Notes under the pieces: model-generated
The model's database searches: none
What the model saw: only the letters and a program-made list of their open reading frames with translations
Told to the model about the DNA's origin: nothing
DNA from: Methanofastidiosum sp.
GTDB lineage: Archaea; Methanobacteriota_B; Thermococci; Methanofastidiosales; Methanofastidiosaceae
DNA length: 64,000 nucleotides
Assembly: GCA_013178285.1 (NCBI GenBank)
Contig: JABLXD010000012.1
Location: 5,174 to 69,173 of the forward strand
Reading direction: 5' to 3'
Part shown: one piece after another, positions 25,363 through 36,061 of the stretch
How positions within the stretch are numbered: position 1 is the stretch's first letter
How the letters are laid out: every line of letters starts with the position of its first letter
Made by a program: the position numbers and the translations under genes

Positions 25363-26250
25363 TTAAGAGTTAATCAATCTTAATACTGCATCCCTTGTCT
25401 TTTCCCTATCTGCCCCTGCAACAATAATTACATCGCGTCCAGGGTATAGGCCATCTTGTATAAATTCAATATCTCCTTGAGAGCTATACCAATCAATTTT
25501 TGATTTTCCTCGTTGCACAAGTCCTGCAACAATATTATTTGCAACTGGTCCCCCTACAAGTACAATATTATTATTTTTGGCAACATTTTCTAATAATGTT
25601 TCATCATTTGTTATCAGTTTCTCAGGTTCCCATATATTTACTTTGACTTGTTGGAATGCGCCGGGTTGTTCCGTTCTGAATATAGTATTAAATCTTAGAT
25701 TTCCTCCAGAGTTGTACAATCCAAGTGAGTTGTCATTATTGTCCAATATTTCGATAGAGAAATCTGGAGAAATTGTAACATTTCTATTAAATTCTGGATT
25801 AATAATGTTTAATGGATTTTGATTTTGGGCAATATATATCTTTAGATTATTTGTATCTGTTGTAATGAATCTAAGATTTGTTACTAGAATAGACTGGCCA
25901 TATGTGAAGGTGCCAGTATTTCCTGCATTGTCTGCCCATGTTAGGTTCATAGTAGAGGGATCTAAGGTGATTAATTGATCATTTGAAGCTTCCATTATTT
26001 TTGAACCCGATATTGTAACATAAACAAAATTCTCATAATAAGCTTCACTTTGAATTTTTGTTATAATTAAATTACCAGAGATTAGGTCCATGGAAGCAGC
26101 GTTTTTACCAACTACAATTATGGAGTGAGGTTGCCCGTTACTCGTATCGACAAAAAAGGATCTTGGGATATCTGTAGATAAAACTGGAAAAATTAAAAAG
26201 AGTTGAAAAGTCAATATTAATGAAAAAATAAAAGCCATTTTAGTTCTCAT
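25363..26250 (-). CDS. Secreted hypothetical protein (295 aa) with N-terminal signal peptide
   Basis: MRTKMAFIFSLILTFQLFLIFPVLS signal. N/T/S-rich beta-type body. C-terminal GGPVANNIVAGLVQRG. Confidence 0.55.
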   Translation of the reverse strand: MRTKMAFIFSLILTFQLFLIFPVLSTDIPRSFFVDTSNGQPHSIIVVGKNAASMDLISGNLIITKIQSEAYYENFVYVTISGSKIMEASNDQLITLDPSTMNLTWADNAGNTGTFTYGQSILVTNLRFITTDTNNLKIYIAQNQNPLNIINPEFNRNVTISPDFSIEILDNNDNSLGLYNSGGNLRFNTIFRTEQPGAFQQVKVNIWEPEKLITNDETLLENVAKNNNIVLVGGPVANNIVAGLVQRGKSKIDWYSSQGDIEFIQDGLYPGRDVIIVAGADREKTRDAVLRLINS

Positions 26251-26321
26251 GTATTCTAATTAGTTATTTAATTTTTATGTCTTGCTATTTTATTTAAATA
26301 GAGATGAGTAAACAAAGAAAG

Positions 26322-27782
26322 TTAATAGTAATTTTTTAGTCCTTCGTAAGCTTCATTTATTTCTTTTAATATTTTTTCTTTAATTATTTTTTCTTTTTCA
26401 TCTTGAGTTGTATCAGGATGATAGTACTTTGAAAGCTCTTTCCATCTACGTTTAATTTCCTCTGCTGTTGCATCCATATCTAATCTTAAAACTTTCAAAT
26501 AGGATATCAAATATAAAGAATCATTATCAAGAGAATAGGGGATCTCTAAGGGGTATAATGTACTAGTTTCATAAATCTCTTTTCCCTTATAGTTACAATA
26601 TATTTTAATATCAAAAGATCCCTCATTCTTTGATTTAATTGGAATTGTATATGACCTATACTCCATAGGTTTGAGAGAATCTATTCTATCTTCAACTTTT
26701 GAGATATTCAAATCTTTGTTCTTTTCTATAAAAATAGATATCTCAAAAGCTTCCATGTCCCCATTATTAACTAAATACAATTGAATTTCAGATTCTTTTT
26801 TTCTTTCTAATGAGTCTAAAATATAAAAAATATACCTTAGACTTGGTCTTCCAATGTCTTCATCTATTTTCACATTAAGAGTTTCAAGGCTCTCACTTAA
26901 ACTATTAACTCGAACAAGAAGCTCTTTAATATATACATTAGAAGAAGATATAGACCTTTTACCATAATTATCTAAGAAAGACGAATAATCTTCATCAATT
27001 TGCAAGATGTCTTTGTAAAGACCTTCAAAAATATCTTTATAAAAATTATAATTTTTGCCCAAATCTTTTTTTGCCATTAAATTTAGGCCGATTTTTTCAT
27101 AATTTGATAAACAATTTACCAAAAGATCCTTTAATGTTTTAATTTTTTCTTCTACTTTTCTTCTTTCAGAATAAAGATGTCTGACGTTTTCTAAGTACCG
27201 TAATGACTCTCCCTCCATGCCCAACATTTTTAAGGCATAAGCAATATTCTCAAGAGAAGGTATACTTTCAGGATTTTCGTTGAGGCACATTTGTAATAGA
27301 TTTATTGAATCTTCAATCTGTTTTTTACCATTTTCAAGCATTAATTGTGCTCTTGTATATACATAGTCAAATTCACCCCATTCTTTAAGGAGTTGAATGG
27401 CTTCTTCTAATCTTTCCATTTTTTGAAGTGCTATTGCTAGATTAATAATTGCATTTTTATTATTTTTTTCTTCACTCAAAACTTTCTTAAAACAATTTGC
27501 AGCATCAGAATACTTCCCAATTTTTGATAAGGAAATGCCTTTATTGTAAAGAGTTTTAGTATCTTCTTGTTTTTTAAGAGCTATGTCATAAAATTTTAAT
27601 GCCTCTTCTGGTTTTCCTAGTTTATCAAAAGATATGCCAATATTAGTAATAACGTCAATGTCTTGAGGGTCAATAGATTTAGCTTTTTCAAAACATTCTA
27701 ATGCGTCCTTGTGTTTTCCCATTCTGTCAAGTAGTATTCCTTTTGAATTCCAGTAAGAAGAAGATTCAATAAGATTCGGCAC
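26322..27782 (-). CDS. TPR-repeat protein with C-terminal DnaJ (J) domain
   Basis: At least five N-terminal 34-aa TPR-like units (W/L-G-Y-A-F-P pattern). C-terminal YLKVLRLDMDATAEEIKRRWKELSKYYHPDT with the HPD tripeptide diagnostic of J domains. 486 aa. Confidence 0.75.
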   Translation of the reverse strand: MPNLIESSSYWNSKGILLDRMGKHKDALECFEKAKSIDPQDIDVITNIGISFDKLGKPEEALKFYDIALKKQEDTKTLYNKGISLSKIGKYSDAANCFKKVLSEEKNNKNAIINLAIALQKMERLEEAIQLLKEWGEFDYVYTRAQLMLENGKKQIEDSINLLQMCLNENPESIPSLENIAYALKMLGMEGESLRYLENVRHLYSERRKVEEKIKTLKDLLVNCLSNYEKIGLNLMAKKDLGKNYNFYKDIFEGLYKDILQIDEDYSSFLDNYGKRSISSSNVYIKELLVRVNSLSESLETLNVKIDEDIGRPSLRYIFYILDSLERKKESEIQLYLVNNGDMEAFEISIFIEKNKDLNISKVEDRIDSLKPMEYRSYTIPIKSKNEGSFDIKIYCNYKGKEIYETSTLYPLEIPYSLDNDSLYLISYLKVLRLDMDATAEEIKRRWKELSKYYHPDTTQDEKEKIIKEKILKEINEAYEGLKNYY

Positions 27783-27832
27783 GTTTCTAGGGGAAAATAT
27801 ACATTTAAAAGAGTTTTTATAGAATATTAATT

Positions 27833-28462
27833 ATGTACCAACAAAAAGATGGTTACCATAGGATGGCAAAGAAAGAGGGGTATAAATCTAGGGCCTCATT
27901 TAAACTAATCCAACTCAATAAAAAATTCAATTTAATAAAAAAGGGGTATAGCGTTCTAGATCTCGGAGCTGCGCCAGGAGGGTGGATGCAAATAGCATCT
28001 ACATTTGTTGGAGAAACAGGTCTTGTAGTGGGTGTTGATTTAAAAATAGTTAAAGAAAAATTTCCAAATTCTTTTTTTGTCCAAGGCGATATATTTGAAG
28101 ATGAAACAATAAATAAAGTTAAAGAGATTAAAGAAGAGTTTAATACGATTATTTCAGATATGGCCCCAAATACTTCTGGCATTAGGTCTCTTGACCATCA
28201 GAAGTCGATTGACCTTTGTTACAGGGCCTTGGAATTATCTCTAAATTTATTACAATACAAAGGAAATCTATTGATAAAAATATTTCAAGGAGAAGGTACA
28301 AAAGAATTGATAGATGACCTCAAAAATGAATTTCATTATGTTAAAATATCAAAACCTGAGTCTTCAAGGTCTGCTAGTAGAGAAACATATGTCATATGTA
28401 AAGGTTTTAAAAAGAGAAAATTAAAAATAATTGAAAAAGAATTAACCGAAGAGAGCGCCTAA
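27833..28462 (+). CDS. rlmE: 23S rRNA (uridine-2'-O)-methyltransferase RlmE/FtsJ
   Basis: [31 protein letters not shown] and DMAPNTSG fit the FtsJ/RrmJ motifs. 209 aa. Confidence 0.85.
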   Translation: MYQQKDGYHRMAKKEGYKSRASFKLIQLNKKFNLIKKGYSVLDLGAAPGGWMQIASTFVGETGLVVGVDLKIVKEKFPNSFFVQGDIFEDETINKVKEIKEEFNTIISDMAPNTSGIRSLDHQKSIDLCYRALELSLNLLQYKGNLLIKIFQGEGTKELIDDLKNEFHYVKISKPESSRSASRETYVICKGFKKRKLKIIEKELTEESA

Positions 28463-28762
28463 ACCTTCAAGTGCTGATTCTTCTGCTTCTTCTTTCTTTT
28501 CTTCCTTCTTTGATTCTCCAGAAGGCTTTTGTTCTGAAGCGCCTGCTGCTGGTGCAGCTGCAGGTGCATGTGCAACTGGCATTGAAGCAGAGCTTATAGC
28601 TTCCTCAATATCTACACCTTCTAATGAAGATACAAGAGCTTTAATTCTGGCCTCATCGACTGTCACACCGGCAGCCTTTAAAACATTGTTTAAATTCGCT
28701 TCATTTATTTCCTTCTTAGCCTCATGAAGGATCATCGCAGCATATACATATTCCATAATCAC
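28442..28762 (-). CDS. rpl12: 50S ribosomal stalk protein P1 (L12)
   Basis: 106 aa with an Ala/Glu-rich hinge and the C-terminal [16 protein letters not shown]. Confidence 0.85.
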   Translation of the reverse strand: MIMEYVYAAMILHEAKKEINEANLNNVLKAAGVTVDEARIKALVSSLEGVDIEEAISSASMPVAHAPAAAPAAGASEQKPSGESKKEEKKEEAEESALEGLGALFG

Positions 28763-28773
28763 ACCTCCATTAA

Positions 28774-29784
28774 TTAACCAAATAGGGCCCCTAGACCTTC
28801 TAATCCGGCGTCCCCATCTTTATCTTTATCATCTTTAGTTTCTTCAACTTTTTTTTCAGTTACTTTTTTTTCAGCAGGAGCAGCTGATTGAACTACGTTC
28901 AACTTATTTTTTAGTTCATCGTCCAATGCTGCACCGTTTAACAATCTAGATAGACTTAGAGCCTGAGCAACGCTCTTTGACATAATTGGGCCTATTGTTT
29001 CTGGGGAAACTATATTTGCGCCAATTGCCAAGGACTTTGATTTAATTGTAGCTTGCTGTATTAATAGTTTTACGCTTTCTTTTGTGAATATTCTTCTATC
29101 AAAGGATAATGCTAAAGCTTTAGTGAATGCTTTTATTATGTTGTTTCTAGTTTCAACATCGTCTATACTTAGAACATTTCGCTTGAATATTAATCCTTCT
29201 TCATAAGCAGCTGCTAAATCTGCTCCAACTTCCATTGGTTCAATCTTAAGTTGAGAAAGTATCTCGCTAACTTTTTTAGATATTGTTTCTCCATGTTTAA
29301 CAAATACAGTATCTCTTTCAATGGATATCGTCCCTTTATCAATTTTAGCAGGAACTCCAAGAGATTGAAGCTCACTTACAAGTGGACCTGGTGGTAATCC
29401 AGTACTTCCTTGAGAGATTACTATATCCGCCTTTGCAACGTCACCTGGTTTTGCTGGAGCAGGTGCTTTAGATTTTTGTAAAAGTTTATAAATTCTGAAT
29501 GGATTTTCATTGGAAAAAATGAATGCTGCTCCGGCGTTAATGTGATCTTTAAGTTGCTCTTTTTCAGTTTTTTCGAGAGCGATCTTCATTAAATTATTTT
29601 TAGACATTCTAAAAGTAACTTTGCCCCTCAGCTCTTCCCTTATGTTTTGCAACTGTTTTGCAGGAATATTTTGAAGATCAACTACCCCTACAACAGGAGA
29701 AGATTTAATCATGTCTCTAAGGGAATCTACCTCTTCGGATTTCCATTCCGCTACTTGTCCTTTTACTGCTACTCTTCCCTTCAT
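28774..29784 (-). CDS. rpl10: 50S ribosomal stalk protein P0 (L10)
   Basis: 336 aa. Ends in the same EGLGALFG tail as P1, which is diagnostic for P0. The conserved L1-L10-L12 gene order is present. Confidence 0.9.
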   Translation of the reverse strand: MKGRVAVKGQVAEWKSEEVDSLRDMIKSSPVVGVVDLQNIPAKQLQNIREELRGKVTFRMSKNNLMKIALEKTEKEQLKDHINAGAAFIFSNENPFRIYKLLQKSKAPAPAKPGDVAKADIVISQGSTGLPPGPLVSELQSLGVPAKIDKGTISIERDTVFVKHGETISKKVSEILSQLKIEPMEVGADLAAAYEEGLIFKRNVLSIDDVETRNNIIKAFTKALALSFDRRIFTKESVKLLIQQATIKSKSLAIGANIVSPETIGPIMSKSVAQALSLSRLLNGAALDDELKNKLNVVQSAAPAEKKVTEKKVEETKDDKDKDGDAGLEGLGALFG

Positions 29785-30425
29785 TTAAAATCCTCCAGTT
29801 TTACCGAAGGCCCCATGGTGGTCTTTATATAAATAGACTTTATATTGTCAAATCCTTTTTCAAGTTTCTTTTCAAAAAACTTAATAACTTCTGAAATGTT
29901 TTCAGCTAACATTTCATCGTCCATTTTTTCGGAGCCAACAAAAGTATGAATCACAGACTGATTAGTACTTTTTATTTTAACTGTCTTTTTCAATTTATTT
30001 AGTATAGGTTCGAGCGGAGCAGTTGGAGGCAAAGGTGCAGGTGTTTTTCCTCTTGGCGCAAAGATTGGACCTAAAGATTTTCCAACTAAGGTCATGAAAT
30101 CTGTTTGCGCTATGAAAAAATCATGACTATTTGCAACTTTTTTTGCAATTTTTTTGTCCTTTGCGAATTTTTCTATGTCTTCTTGATCAAATACTGACAA
30201 GTTTTCCTTTTTGGCCCTTAAAGCCATGTCGCCCGAAGCAAAGACACCAATTTTAACATCTTTGCCCCTTCCGTTAGGTAAAACAAAGTCTTCTTTGATA
30301 CGATTTTGTGTTTTTTTCATGTCTAGCCCTTGGAGATTAATGCTCATCTCCACTGACTGTGTGAAGTTTCTCGGCTTTGAAGTTTCCTTCGCCTTCTTCA
30401 CCGCTCGTAATACGGCATCTTTCAA
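29781..30425 (-). CDS. rpl1: 50S ribosomal protein L1
   Basis: 214 aa. Position in the L11-L1-L10-L12 operon. 4-nt overlap with rpl10. Confidence 0.85.
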   Translation of the reverse strand: MKDAVLRAVKKAKETSKPRNFTQSVEMSINLQGLDMKKTQNRIKEDFVLPNGRGKDVKIGVFASGDMALRAKKENLSVFDQEDIEKFAKDKKIAKKVANSHDFFIAQTDFMTLVGKSLGPIFAPRGKTPAPLPPTAPLEPILNKLKKTVKIKSTNQSVIHTFVGSEKMDDEMLAENISEVIKFFEKKLEKGFDNIKSIYIKTTMGPSVKLEDFK

Positions 30426-30437
30426 AACTATTCCTCC

Positions 30438-30917
30438 TTATTTAATTAAATTATCGTATTTTCCTTCATTTATCTCATTTTGTACTACTCTTGGATCTTT
30501 TCCTTCGCAGGTTACCCCCATGGAAACACATGTTCCGAGGATCTCTTTTACTACGCCTGCGATAGTAGGAGATAAAGAAGAAGGTTCCTTCATCTTGGCA
30601 ATTTTAACCAGTGCATCTATACTTATGTCCCCAACTTTGCTTGAAGATGGTGTAGAAGATCCTTTTTCCAATTTAAGATCTTTAAGAATTAATGCGGAAG
30701 CAGGGGGAACGCCGACCTCGACTCTAAAATTCTTTTTTTCATCGACAAATATTTTCACGGGTACTTTCATTCCCTGAAAATCTTTAGTTTTCTCATTTAT
30801 TTCGGCAACAACCTTTCCCACATTAATACCAAGAGGACCTAAAGCGGGCCCTAAAGGTGGACCGGCAGTAGCTTTTCCTCCATCAACAAGTGAGGTAACA
30901 GATCTCTCTTTTCCCAT
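30438..30917 (-). CDS. rpl11: 50S ribosomal protein L11
   Basis: GPPLGPALGPLGINV (L11 N-terminal signature). 159 aa. Confidence 0.9.
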   Translation of the reverse strand: MGKERSVTSLVDGGKATAGPPLGPALGPLGINVGKVVAEINEKTKDFQGMKVPVKIFVDEKKNFRVEVGVPPASALILKDLKLEKGSSTPSSSKVGDISIDALVKIAKMKEPSSLSPTIAGVVKEILGTCVSMGVTCEGKDPRVVQNEINEGKYDNLIK

Positions 30918-30927
30918 TATATCACCA

Positions 30928-31428
30928 CTAGCTCTTTTTCTCTATAATCCTGACGTAATCTCCTTTAACAGTAACCGGTATTGGTACCATTGCTTCAAGA
31001 AGTTCAACTGTAAGTTCTTCTTTACCTTTATCCACTCTTATTATCTTAGCTTTTTCGCCCTTAAACGGACCAGCTATTAACTCAACAATGTCTCCTTTTG
31101 CAAGACCGGATACGGATGGCTTTGCCTCTAAGAAATGACTAATTTCATCGAAAGCAATTTTACCTTCAAGAATCCCTCTTACATTTCGAAGGCCTTGAAT
31201 GGCTTCTTCTACAGCCCCTTTATCACTCGCCTCAATGAAAACATACCCTTTTAAGGTTTCTGGTGCTAAGATTGCATAAACTTTAAGGTTGTTAGTTTTT
31301 ACTTTTCCCTCTATCATCTTTGCTACATTCTGTTCTTGATTAACAGCTACCTTTAATGCAAAGATTGGATTCTCGTCATCATCCATCACATTCTCTCCCA
31401 CAATAATAGCAAAATCAAAGGTACTCAA
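30928..31428 (-). CDS. spt5: Transcription elongation factor Spt5 (NusG homolog)
   Basis: NGN domain followed by a KOW (GDIVELIAGPFKGEKAKIIRVD). Conserved position between secE and rpl11. Confidence 0.8.
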   Translation of the reverse strand: MSTFDFAIIVGENVMDDDENPIFALKVAVNQEQNVAKMIEGKVKTNNLKVYAILAPETLKGYVFIEASDKGAVEEAIQGLRNVRGILEGKIAFDEISHFLEAKPSVSGLAKGDIVELIAGPFKGEKAKIIRVDKGKEELTVELLEAMVPIPVTVKGDYVRIIEKKS

Positions 31429-31461
31429 AGATTTAAAAAGTTTAGCCTTTGGAAAAGAAAT

Positions 31462-31665
31462 TTATGCCCCAAAATTTTGAATTATGACTGAAACAAATTT
31501 TATTAGATACCCAATTATTCCAATCAATACTATTCCTATTCCAGTAACTTTGGAGGTGAGTGAATACTCTTTTCTTCCAGGCTTCTTAGCAAGTTTAAGT
31601 ACTCTCGTGTACTCGGAAACCCAACTTCTTGCTCTTTCTTTTTTCTTTAGATTAGCCTCTGCCAT
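31462..31665 (-). CDS. secE: Protein translocase subunit SecE (Sec61 gamma)
   Basis: 67 aa, basic N-terminus plus a single C-terminal TM (GIGIVLIGIIGYLIKFVSVII). Conserved position. Confidence 0.7.
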   Translation of the reverse strand: MAEANLKKKERARSWVSEYTRVLKLAKKPGRKEYSLTSKVTGIGIVLIGIIGYLIKFVSVIIQNFGA

Positions 31666-31689
31666 GAGGCTAATTAATAAGAATCCTTT

Positions 31690-32811
31690 TTAAATGTATT
31701 CTATTCCAAGATCTATTCCTCTAACAGGCGCTTCGCTTTCAATGAGCATCTCAGTTTCTTTTCTTCCGAATATGTAAGGTGATTTGACCCCTGAAAGAAC
31801 TACCATAACTCTAAGTCCGTTTTTAATATCTTCGTTTATCATTGCACCCCAAATTATTTGGGCATCTGGTTCAAGTTCATTTGTTACATGCTCAACGATT
31901 TTCTCTGCTTCCTCGAGTTTCATGTTTGAACTTCCGGTAATATTAATTAATGCTCCCTTTGCACCTGTTACATCTACATCTATTAGAGGACTGCTTAATG
32001 CTTCAGTAATAGCTTCTTTTGCCCTATTTTCTGTATCGGATTCTCCCATTCCGATCATTGCAACATCTCCCTCTCTCATTACTGATCTAACATCAGCGAA
32101 ATCAACATTAACTAGTCCGGGCTTTGTAATTAATTCAGCTATCCCACCAACAGCCCTTATTAAAATATCATCAGAAACTTTAAATGCTGCATTTATAGGT
32201 AAGCCAGGGGCTATATCTAGTAATTTATCATTTGGTATAACAATAACCGTATCTGTAACTTTTCTTAATTTTTCAAGTCCTTTTTCTGCATTTCTTTGTC
32301 TCCTTAGACCTTCGACAGTAAAAGGTAATGTAACTACTGCGACAGTAAGTGCCCCAAGTTTTTTAGCTATTTCGGCTATTACTGGTGCAGAGCCTGTTCC
32401 AGTTCCACCGCCAAGTCCACAAGTAACAAAAACCATGTCACTTCCTTCGAGGACATCTTTTATAGTCCTCTCGTCTTCTCTTGCGGATTCTTCCCCTATT
32501 TTTGGGTCGTTGCCTGCTCCCAAGCCTCTTGTGACTTCTTTCCCTATCAAAATCTTTTTATCGGCTCTTGTGTCCAATAAATCTTGGGCATCTGTATTGA
32601 CGGCTACTGCCTCAACTCCAATAACTCCAATTTCCATTAATCGGTCGATAGCATTAGACCCTGCTCCACCAGTTCCTACTACTTTAATTTTAGCCCTTGA
32701 GTCTCTGAGTACTCTTTCAAGTTCCTCATCTACAGAAGTATAGCGATGATCTTTAACTATCTCTTTTTCTGTTACCGCCCTCTCAATGGCATCTTCAATA
32801 ACAGACCTCAT
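31690..32811 (-). CDS. ftsZ: Cell division GTPase FtsZ
   Basis: [17 protein letters not shown] (tubulin signature) and NTDAQDL. 373 aa. The large antisense ORF 31784..32743 is a low-complexity shadow. Confidence 0.95.
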   Translation of the reverse strand: MRSVIEDAIERAVTEKEIVKDHRYTSVDEELERVLRDSRAKIKVVGTGGAGSNAIDRLMEIGVIGVEAVAVNTDAQDLLDTRADKKILIGKEVTRGLGAGNDPKIGEESAREDERTIKDVLEGSDMVFVTCGLGGGTGTGSAPVIAEIAKKLGALTVAVVTLPFTVEGLRRQRNAEKGLEKLRKVTDTVIVIPNDKLLDIAPGLPINAAFKVSDDILIRAVGGIAELITKPGLVNVDFADVRSVMREGDVAMIGMGESDTENRAKEAITEALSSPLIDVDVTGAKGALINITGSSNMKLEEAEKIVEHVTNELEPDAQIIWGAMINEDIKNGLRVMVVLSGVKSPYIFGRKETEMLIESEAPVRGIDLGIEYI

Positions 32812-32948
32812 ATAACTCCCCCTTATTATTAATGTAGCTACTTAATATTGGTAACATAAAACTCCTATTTGTAATCTATATATGTTAATAGTATATAAAG
32901 CTTTTGCTTAATAATGATAATTACAATGCTTCTCTTTAGTGGTAATCC

Positions 32949-33788
32949 TTATTCTTTTTCAATATCACTTGTTTTTGCAAATGATATACCTAGATTAGTT
33001 AGTTTATCTTTTAAATCTGACCGTTCTTTAATACCCTTCCAGTCTAAAAGGATAACGTCTAGGCGTTCACTTTTTTTAATTAATTCATGAAGCATGGAAT
33101 CTGTTACAGGAGTGTTATACTTTGCAATAACATGGCCTATAGCAATATCTGTATTCAACATCATCTCGGTAAATTTAGGGCAATAATGGCCTCCGCCAAC
33201 ACCTGCGGCAATTCTATAAGACTTTTGTTTTTGATTATATGAAAGAGAAGTATAAATTGCGGAAGCTATTACTTCTCCAGCTTCTTTTATTCCCCAATAG
33301 GTTTCATCACTTCCTATCTCGATGAATGTTGTAGGAAGTCCGGTCAAAGGGCCATGGTGTGTGGCTTCAAGGGATACTTCAAAAGATATATCCAATTTTT
33401 TTGACAAATTCATAATTTCGTTTAACACTATTTTTTGGAATACTGGATTGGAAGGAGAAACTAGATCATCTTTTCCACCATAATCGGCCTTGCCAAAATT
33501 TCCCGGGGTATGGCAAGTCAATGTTGGAATTTTAGCAACGGATTTATGTCTTGTTGCAAAAAAAATTGAATCTATTTTTGTCAGTTCATAATCGGCCACT
33601 TCTTTTTGAATAATAATTTCTGGAAAATCAGTGTAAATAGTTTCATTTTTAATTCTTACTATTAAAGCATCTTTATTCTTATCATAAAAATAATTATTTT
33701 CAAGTTTTTCAAAGGGATATTTTTGAAGTAAGTTTTCCCTAATATTTTCTCCTGCTTTATCTAATTCTGAACTTATTATTAGCTTCAT
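32949..33788 (-). CDS. D-aminoacyl-tRNA deacylase, archaeal DTD2/DtdA-like - tentative
   Basis: 279 aa with EATHHGP, GGGHYCPK and DWKG blocks that I recall from the archaeal DTD2 (tRNA_deacylase) family. From memory, unverified. Confidence 0.4.
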   Translation of the reverse strand: MKLIISSELDKAGENIRENLLQKYPFEKLENNYFYDKNKDALIVRIKNETIYTDFPEIIIQKEVADYELTKIDSIFFATRHKSVAKIPTLTCHTPGNFGKADYGGKDDLVSPSNPVFQKIVLNEIMNLSKKLDISFEVSLEATHHGPLTGLPTTFIEIGSDETYWGIKEAGEVIASAIYTSLSYNQKQKSYRIAAGVGGGHYCPKFTEMMLNTDIAIGHVIAKYNTPVTDSMLHELIKKSERLDVILLDWKGIKERSDLKDKLTNLGISFAKTSDIEKE

Positions 33789-33839
33789 CTAGTTACCCCA
33801 AACATTAAAATACCCCTGCCTATAGTATTTATATATTTA

Positions 33840-34421
33840 ATGAGGATTTACATGGATTCTGAACTAAGAAGAAAAATATTCCATGAAATAGGATTATTAA
33901 TTCCAATAAATTATTATATATTTTTTGATAAAAAAGACGCAATATTTGGGATGTCAATTTTAGTATTACTTTTTGTATTTATAGAATTTTTAAGATTACG
34001 ATACAATTTTGGGATTGAATTTATTCCAAAAGTTGTAGGAAAAACTGTAAGAGATTATGAAGAAGTTGATTTGTCGGCTGCAACTTATTTTATTATTTCT
34101 TCATTTTTTGCAGTTCTTTTATTTGATAAATACATCGCTATTGCTGCGATTACTTATAATTCTATTGGAGATTTTTTTTCAGCTATGGTCGGTAAAAAAT
34201 TTGGGAATACAAAGTATATGGGCGGAAGGAAATCTTTAGAGGGTAGTTTTGCTTGTTTTATTTCATGTTTTCTTATTGGATTATTGATATTAAATCCATT
34301 TTTAGCAATTATTGGTGCCCTTGCGGCAACATTTGCAGAAGGATATTTAATAAAGGTAAATGATAATTTATCTATACCGATAATATCTGGAATAGTACTT
34401 ACCCTTGTATCTTTTCTTTGA
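33840..34421 (+). CDS. CTP-dependent polyprenol/dolichol-kinase-like membrane protein (CTP_transf_1 superfamily)
   Basis: 193 aa with 5–6 TM helices. N-terminal RRKIFHEIG (RKxxH). C-terminal GDFFSAMVGKKFG...GGRKSLEGS, matching the CdsA/dolichol kinase/CarS G-D-x-x-A...K-[ST]-x-E-G-[ST] catalytic signature. Confidence 0.45.
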   Translation: MRIYMDSELRRKIFHEIGLLIPINYYIFFDKKDAIFGMSILVLLFVFIEFLRLRYNFGIEFIPKVVGKTVRDYEEVDLSAATYFIISSFFAVLLFDKYIAIAAITYNSIGDFFSAMVGKKFGNTKYMGGRKSLEGSFACFISCFLIGLLILNPFLAIIGALAATFAEGYLIKVNDNLSIPIISGIVLTLVSFL

Positions 34422-36057
34422 AAATTTCAAATATTGCTGAAAGATCTATTTCAAATGCAGAAACTGGCATTTCTAATTTGAAATTATACAACACTTCAGG
34501 ATGCAACTCTCCCATTTTTCCTATAAGAATGCCCCCAATATCTAAGGAACAAGACCTTCCTTCAATGAAGTAAGGATAATCTTCTTCTTTAACTGAATAC
34601 TGAAGTCCAAATGAAGAAATAAGGCCATTAATTATCCCCTTTATCTCAGAGAAGTTTGCATTTGGGTGACAAATTGCACAAGAAAGATATTGTTTTTCTA
34701 CTAAATTTTGATCAGGTACAACTATTCCTACTTCAAATATATTCTGAGGGTACTCATAATGTGAATTTGAAACTAATGCTTTTAGTAATAAAGGTAGCAA
34801 GCTACATCTTACTGTATCAAATTCTGTATTTACTGCATTTATTGTCTTTACAAGTTTTCTTTTATTATCAAGCATTTTGGTAATCAGGACATCTTCATTT
34901 GAAAGGATATAATTTTTGACTTCAAAGAAATTAAATCCTACCATCACTTCTTCTACTTTTCTTACAAATATTTCAATAGGATTTTCTTGCCCAATTGTCG
35001 CTATTTCAGGTATTTCGGGGATGAAGTTTTCAAATCCATAAGAAATAGAGATATCCTCAACTATATCTATAGGGTGTAAGATATCTGCCCTATATGCGGG
35101 GATTTCTACGACAATTTTACCTTTAGACTTTGAAGATATTCCATATCGCATTTTCAATAACAAATCTGCAGTTTCATTTTCAGATAAATTTAGTCCAAGG
35201 ATTTTATTTGAATATGATAAATCCAGTTCCATTTTTTCTCGAGTAAGTTCCGGATAAATCAACTCTTTTCCTTCATCCGTTAGTTTAAAAGAATGTATCT
35301 CTCCCCCTCTAATGAAAAGCCCCATCAAAATTATATTCAACGCGTATTCAATGCTCTTTTTATGCGTGCCTGTTATATCAATAAAAAGATTTTTTGTTTT
35401 CTCAGTTACTTTTGTATGATCTCCATTAATAATAGGTGGCATTGATAATACTTTGCCACTGCTATCTATCCAAATTGGGCATTCTTTAAATTCTGATAAT
35501 AGATGTGCATAAGCTATTCCTTTAGGATGTGTCTTCAATATTTCATCTATAGTTAGATTTTTATCAAATTCTAAAGGTATAAATGAGAAATCTCTGGGCA
35601 TTGTAGTGTATGTAATCGGAAATTTAATCGTATCTAAGTCATGTACCCCTATTGCAACTTTCTTTCGATTCCTCCCGTGAGTGATATGTAATTTTTCTTG
35701 AATCTGCATTAAAGATTTAATTGTGTCATCGTCAAATTTTATTCCTTTAACAATTGCGCCAACTGCAAAAGGCCTTACAGATTTTACTTTTGGGTCAACA
35801 GACCCTTCGTAATTTGACTTATGAACTTTGAATTCAATAGGCCCTTTCTCTAATCCCATGAAGCCCTTCAAAGCACTAGTAAATCCTTCGATAGACAACA
35901 TATCTGGCCTATCTGGAAAAATTTCAACAACAATTTCAGGATTTACTTTCTCTAAATCTGTACCAATCATTGAGATTCTATCGCTCAGAGTTTTATCATC
36001 AACAGCTTTTCCGAGCAATGATATGAATTCATTCTTATCAAAATTAACAGTTGGCAT
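34399..36057 (-). CDS. pheT: Phenylalanine--tRNA ligase beta subunit
   Basis: 552 aa, archaeal PheT length. B3/4 and B5 pattern. Lies immediately downstream of pheS. Confidence 0.85.
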   Translation of the reverse strand: MPTVNFDKNEFISLLGKAVDDKTLSDRISMIGTDLEKVNPEIVVEIFPDRPDMLSIEGFTSALKGFMGLEKGPIEFKVHKSNYEGSVDPKVKSVRPFAVGAIVKGIKFDDDTIKSLMQIQEKLHITHGRNRKKVAIGVHDLDTIKFPITYTTMPRDFSFIPLEFDKNLTIDEILKTHPKGIAYAHLLSEFKECPIWIDSSGKVLSMPPIINGDHTKVTEKTKNLFIDITGTHKKSIEYALNIILMGLFIRGGEIHSFKLTDEGKELIYPELTREKMELDLSYSNKILGLNLSENETADLLLKMRYGISSKSKGKIVVEIPAYRADILHPIDIVEDISISYGFENFIPEIPEIATIGQENPIEIFVRKVEEVMVGFNFFEVKNYILSNEDVLITKMLDNKRKLVKTINAVNTEFDTVRCSLLPLLLKALVSNSHYEYPQNIFEVGIVVPDQNLVEKQYLSCAICHPNANFSEIKGIINGLISSFGLQYSVKEEDYPYFIEGRSCSLDIGGILIGKMGELHPEVLYNFKLEMPVSAFEIDLSAIFEIFKEKIQG

Positions 36058-36061
36058 CTTA

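Noticed and set aside
27853-28182. 109-aa minus-strand ORF inside rlmE
   Set aside because: Antisense to a gene with clear FtsJ motifs.
30211-30777. 188-aa plus-strand ORF antisense to rpl1/rpl11
   Set aside because: Antisense of highly conserved ribosomal protein genes. Ser/Thr/Pro-rich shadow ORF.
31784-32743. 319-aa plus-strand ORF inside ftsZ
   Set aside because: Antisense of ftsZ. Extremely Ser/Thr/Ala/Pro-rich low-complexity translation typical of reverse-frame GC-skewed coding DNA.
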